Assembly (NCBI GenBank): GCA_963827655.1
Contig: CAWHCF010000006.1
Coordinates: 1-64,000, forward strand
Direction: 5' to 3'
Source of the DNA: an uncultured Acidobacteriota bacterium
Lineage (GTDB): Bacteria > Acidobacteriota > UBA6911
DNA: 64,000 nt
Shown here: piece after piece, positions 61,589 to 64,000 of the stretch
Numbering within the stretch: the stretch's first letter is position 1
Layout: every line of letters begins with the position of its first letter
The notes under the pieces: generated by a model
Seen by the model: the letters and a program-made list of their open reading frames with translations, nothing else
Told to the model about the DNA's origin: nothing
Database searches by the model: none
Translations under genes and position numbers: made by a program

Positions 61589-63021
61589 TAGACTTTCCGT
61601 TCTTTCCAGCGGCCGCGCCGGAACATTAGAGTGCCCACTACCGCCAGGGTCGAGAACGCGACCGTGATCGCCACGAAGACTCCGCGCGGCCCCATGCCTG
61701 CAGGCTTTGCCAGAGTGTACGCAAGCGGAATCTCCCATAGCCAGAAGCAAAAAAGATTGATCATGGTCGGGGTGAAAGTGTCGCCCGCTCCGTTGAACGC
61801 CGCCACCATCACCATGCCGTAGGCGTAGAAAATAAAACCGTAGCTGATAAAGCGCAGGCAGTCCACCCCCAGAGGTACTACGGCTGGATCGTGAGTAAAA
61901 ATCCGGATCAGAGAATCCGCGAACACGACAAACAGCAACCCTACCGTTCCAAGAAAAACCATGTTGTAAAATCCGGCCAGCCACACGGCACGCGCGGCGC
62001 GTTCGGGTTTTCTCGCGCCCAGGCTTTGACCGACCATAGTCGCGGCGGCATTGCTCATGCCCAATGAGGGCAGGATCCCAAATATTACAATACGAATTCC
62101 AATCGTGTAGCCCGCGACGGCCGCGCTTCCGAAAGTCGTCAGGATTCGGATCAAGCCAACCCAGCTCGACGTTCCCACCAGAGCCTGGAAAATACCGCTA
62201 GAGGAAAGCCTCAGCAGACGCATCATCACCGCCGGATCCAGACGAAGATGTGAGCGCCGTAAGGCGATCCGCCCCCGGCCACGCGCAAGCACCATGAACT
62301 GAGAAATGACGCCGATGCCGCGGCCCAGATTCGTGGCCACCGCCGATCCGGCAACTCCCAGCTGCGGAAAAGGCCCCAGTCCGAAGATGAGGCATGGATT
62401 GAGCGCTATGTTGATTCCGTTGGCAAACCAAAGGACCCGCATCGCGATTGCCGCGTCGCCCGCCCCACGGAAGATAGCGTTGATCAGAAAGAGCAGCACA
62501 ACGGTGGCGTTCCCGCCCAGCATGATGGTAGTGAATTTCGATCCCTTTTGGACGACGGCTGCGGGCGCGCCCATTACTTCGAGCAGCGTTCGAGCGAGCA
62601 ACCCACCGGCGATTCCAAGAACGGCGGCCACAATAATCCCCACCGCGATGGCCTGGACCGCCGTAGAAGCGGCGCGTTCGCGGTTCTTCTCCCCGATCCG
62701 GCGGGCGACCATTGCTGTCGCACCCATGCTCAGTCCGATCGCCACGGCATAGATTATGGCCATCATCGACTCGGTGATTCCGACCGCTGCCACGGCATCG
62801 GGACCTAACTTCGAGACGAAGAAGACGTCGACCACGGCGAAGAGCGACTCCATCGCCATTTCCATGACCATCGGGACGGCAAGCAGGACGATGGCGCGCG
62901 GGATCGAGCCTTCGGTGAAATCGTGCCGCGATCCTCGTATGGCTTCGCGCACGATTGCCCAGACTCGGGCCGCGCGCCTGGCTTCGGGTGCTGTCCGGGC
63001 TTCCCAAAGGGAGTCACCCAT
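61588..63021 (-). CDS. MATE family efflux transporter
   Basis: LLAVPMVMEM, VDVFFVSKLG, FRGAGDA, LGVAGSAVAT, AFNGAGDT. Confidence 0.95.
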   Translation of the reverse strand: MGDSLWEARTAPEARRAARVWAIVREAIRGSRHDFTEGSIPRAIVLLAVPMVMEMAMESLFAVVDVFFVSKLGPDAVAAVGITESMMAIIYAVAIGLSMGATAMVARRIGEKNRERAASTAVQAIAVGIIVAAVLGIAGGLLARTLLEVMGAPAAVVQKGSKFTTIMLGGNATVVLLFLINAIFRGAGDAAIAMRVLWFANGINIALNPCLIFGLGPFPQLGVAGSAVATNLGRGIGVISQFMVLARGRGRIALRRSHLRLDPAVMMRLLRLSSSGIFQALVGTSSWVGLIRILTTFGSAAVAGYTIGIRIVIFGILPSLGMSNAAATMVGQSLGARKPERAARAVWLAGFYNMVFLGTVGLLFVVFADSLIRIFTHDPAVVPLGVDCLRFISYGFIFYAYGMVMVAAFNGAGDTFTPTMINLFCFWLWEIPLAYTLAKPAGMGPRGVFVAITVAFSTLAVVGTLMFRRGRWKERKV

Positions 63022-63082
63022 CGACAATCCATTTACCGCTGAGACGCAAAGCAGCCGTGAAGCCGCAACCGAAGTGCTGTTA

Positions 63083-63160
63083 GTGTTTCTTCGTGTCTTT
63101 GTGTCTTGTGGTTAGAGCTGTCTAACAAATACCACAAGACTCAAAGACACGAAGAAACAC
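63083..63160. repeat. Octamer-based REP-like palindrome, best-preserved copy
   Basis: 30-bp arms GTGTTTCTTCGTGTCTTTGTGTCTTGTGGT / ACCACAAGACTCAAAGACACGAAGAAACAC (1 mismatch) around an 18-nt loop. Confidence 0.9.
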
Positions 63161-63232
63161 CAAGAATCTTGCCAAAAACCCAAGAAGTTACGACTAGAAT
63201 ACAAAGACGCGAAGAAGCAGAATCCGGAGAGC

Positions 63233-63994
63233 TCAACCGCCGGTGATCGTCAGGCCGCCATCCACCATAATCTCGGCGCCCGTTATGTACGAAGACTCGT
63301 CCGAGGCAAGAAACAAAGCACAGTAGGCAATGTCTTCCGGCTGGGCTAAACGACCGAGCGGCACTCCCTGTGCGATTGCCTTCTTGCTTTCTTCGCCCAA
63401 TTCCCTCTGCATGGGCGTATCGACGAAACCCGGGTGAATGATGTTGGCCCGAATCTTCCTGTCGCCGTAGACCACCGCGATCGACCGGTTCAATGAAATC
63501 AGCGCCCCTTTACTGGCCGTGTACGCGTCCTGCGCTCGCCGGTAACCTCGAAGGGCTGAAACAGAACTGGTTGTGATGACCGAGCCGCCGCCCTGCTTGA
63601 TGAGTTCCGGTATCCCGTGCTTGCAGACGAACACGGGGCCCTTCAAGTTGATAGCCATAACCCGATCCCAGGTTTCCTCGACGGTCCGGGTAACCTCAAA
63701 GTCTCGGTCTCGCCACAGCACTCCGGCATTATTAAAAAGGATGTTCAGCTTGCCAAAAAAGGAGACGCCCTCCGTGACCGCCCGTTTCACCTGGTCTTCG
63801 AAACCGACATCACATTGAATGAAAACCGCATCCCCTCCCTGCTCGCGAACGCGGGATACCGTCTCCTCGCCGGCTTCTCGATTGACGTCCAGAGCCACTA
63901 TTTTCGCCCCCTCGCGGGCGAACAGCAGCCCGGCCGCTCTCCCCATCCCCATACCGGCGCCGGTAATCAATGCGACTTTATCTTTCAGTCTCAC
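63233..63994 (-). CDS. SDR family oxidoreductase
   Basis: LKDKVALITGAGMGMG, FNNAG, YTASKG, IHPGFVDTP, VDGG. Confidence 0.95.
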   Translation of the reverse strand: MRLKDKVALITGAGMGMGRAAGLLFAREGAKIVALDVNREAGEETVSRVREQGGDAVFIQCDVGFEDQVKRAVTEGVSFFGKLNILFNNAGVLWRDRDFEVTRTVEETWDRVMAINLKGPVFVCKHGIPELIKQGGGSVITTSSVSALRGYRRAQDAYTASKGALISLNRSIAVVYGDRKIRANIIHPGFVDTPMQRELGEESKKAIAQGVPLGRLAQPEDIAYCALFLASDESSYITGAEIMVDGGLTITGG

Positions 63995-64000
63995 TCCTCT

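Overview
Gene-dense bacterial chromosomal segment, roughly 60% GC by eye. It is most likely Acidobacteriota, inferred from two carboxypeptidase-regulatory-domain TonB-dependent receptors, an ASPIC/UnbV-TPR protein, a PadR/HAAS pair and several Tat-exported enzymes. I recognised no rRNA, tRNA, CRISPR array or intact transposase. Main content: a degenerate integron-cassette-like left end next to a SLOG + NDT/TIR-like fusion gene; a DUF47-pit phosphate module and a phoR/phoB/phoB-like locus with matching 11-bp-period boxes; vapBC; a ROK-TBDR-hydrolase locus; a copper module (Cys/Pro leader, multicopper oxidase, TolC); an AhpC/TSA-type selenoprotein missed by the ORF track (UxxC, in-frame TGA, SECIS-like hairpin); a Ser/Thr kinase; a form II coxSLMG operon; prmA; and amidase, MFS, larA, MATE and SDR genes. 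Intergenic space holds four repeat families: a 219-233 bp TIR MITE with TWA target duplications (3 copies), octamer-based palindromes (about 13 copies), inverted heptamer arrays, and one long REP-like palindrome. At least six genes are broken by small indels, probably assembly errors. All family assignments come from motif recognition by eye; no database search was run.
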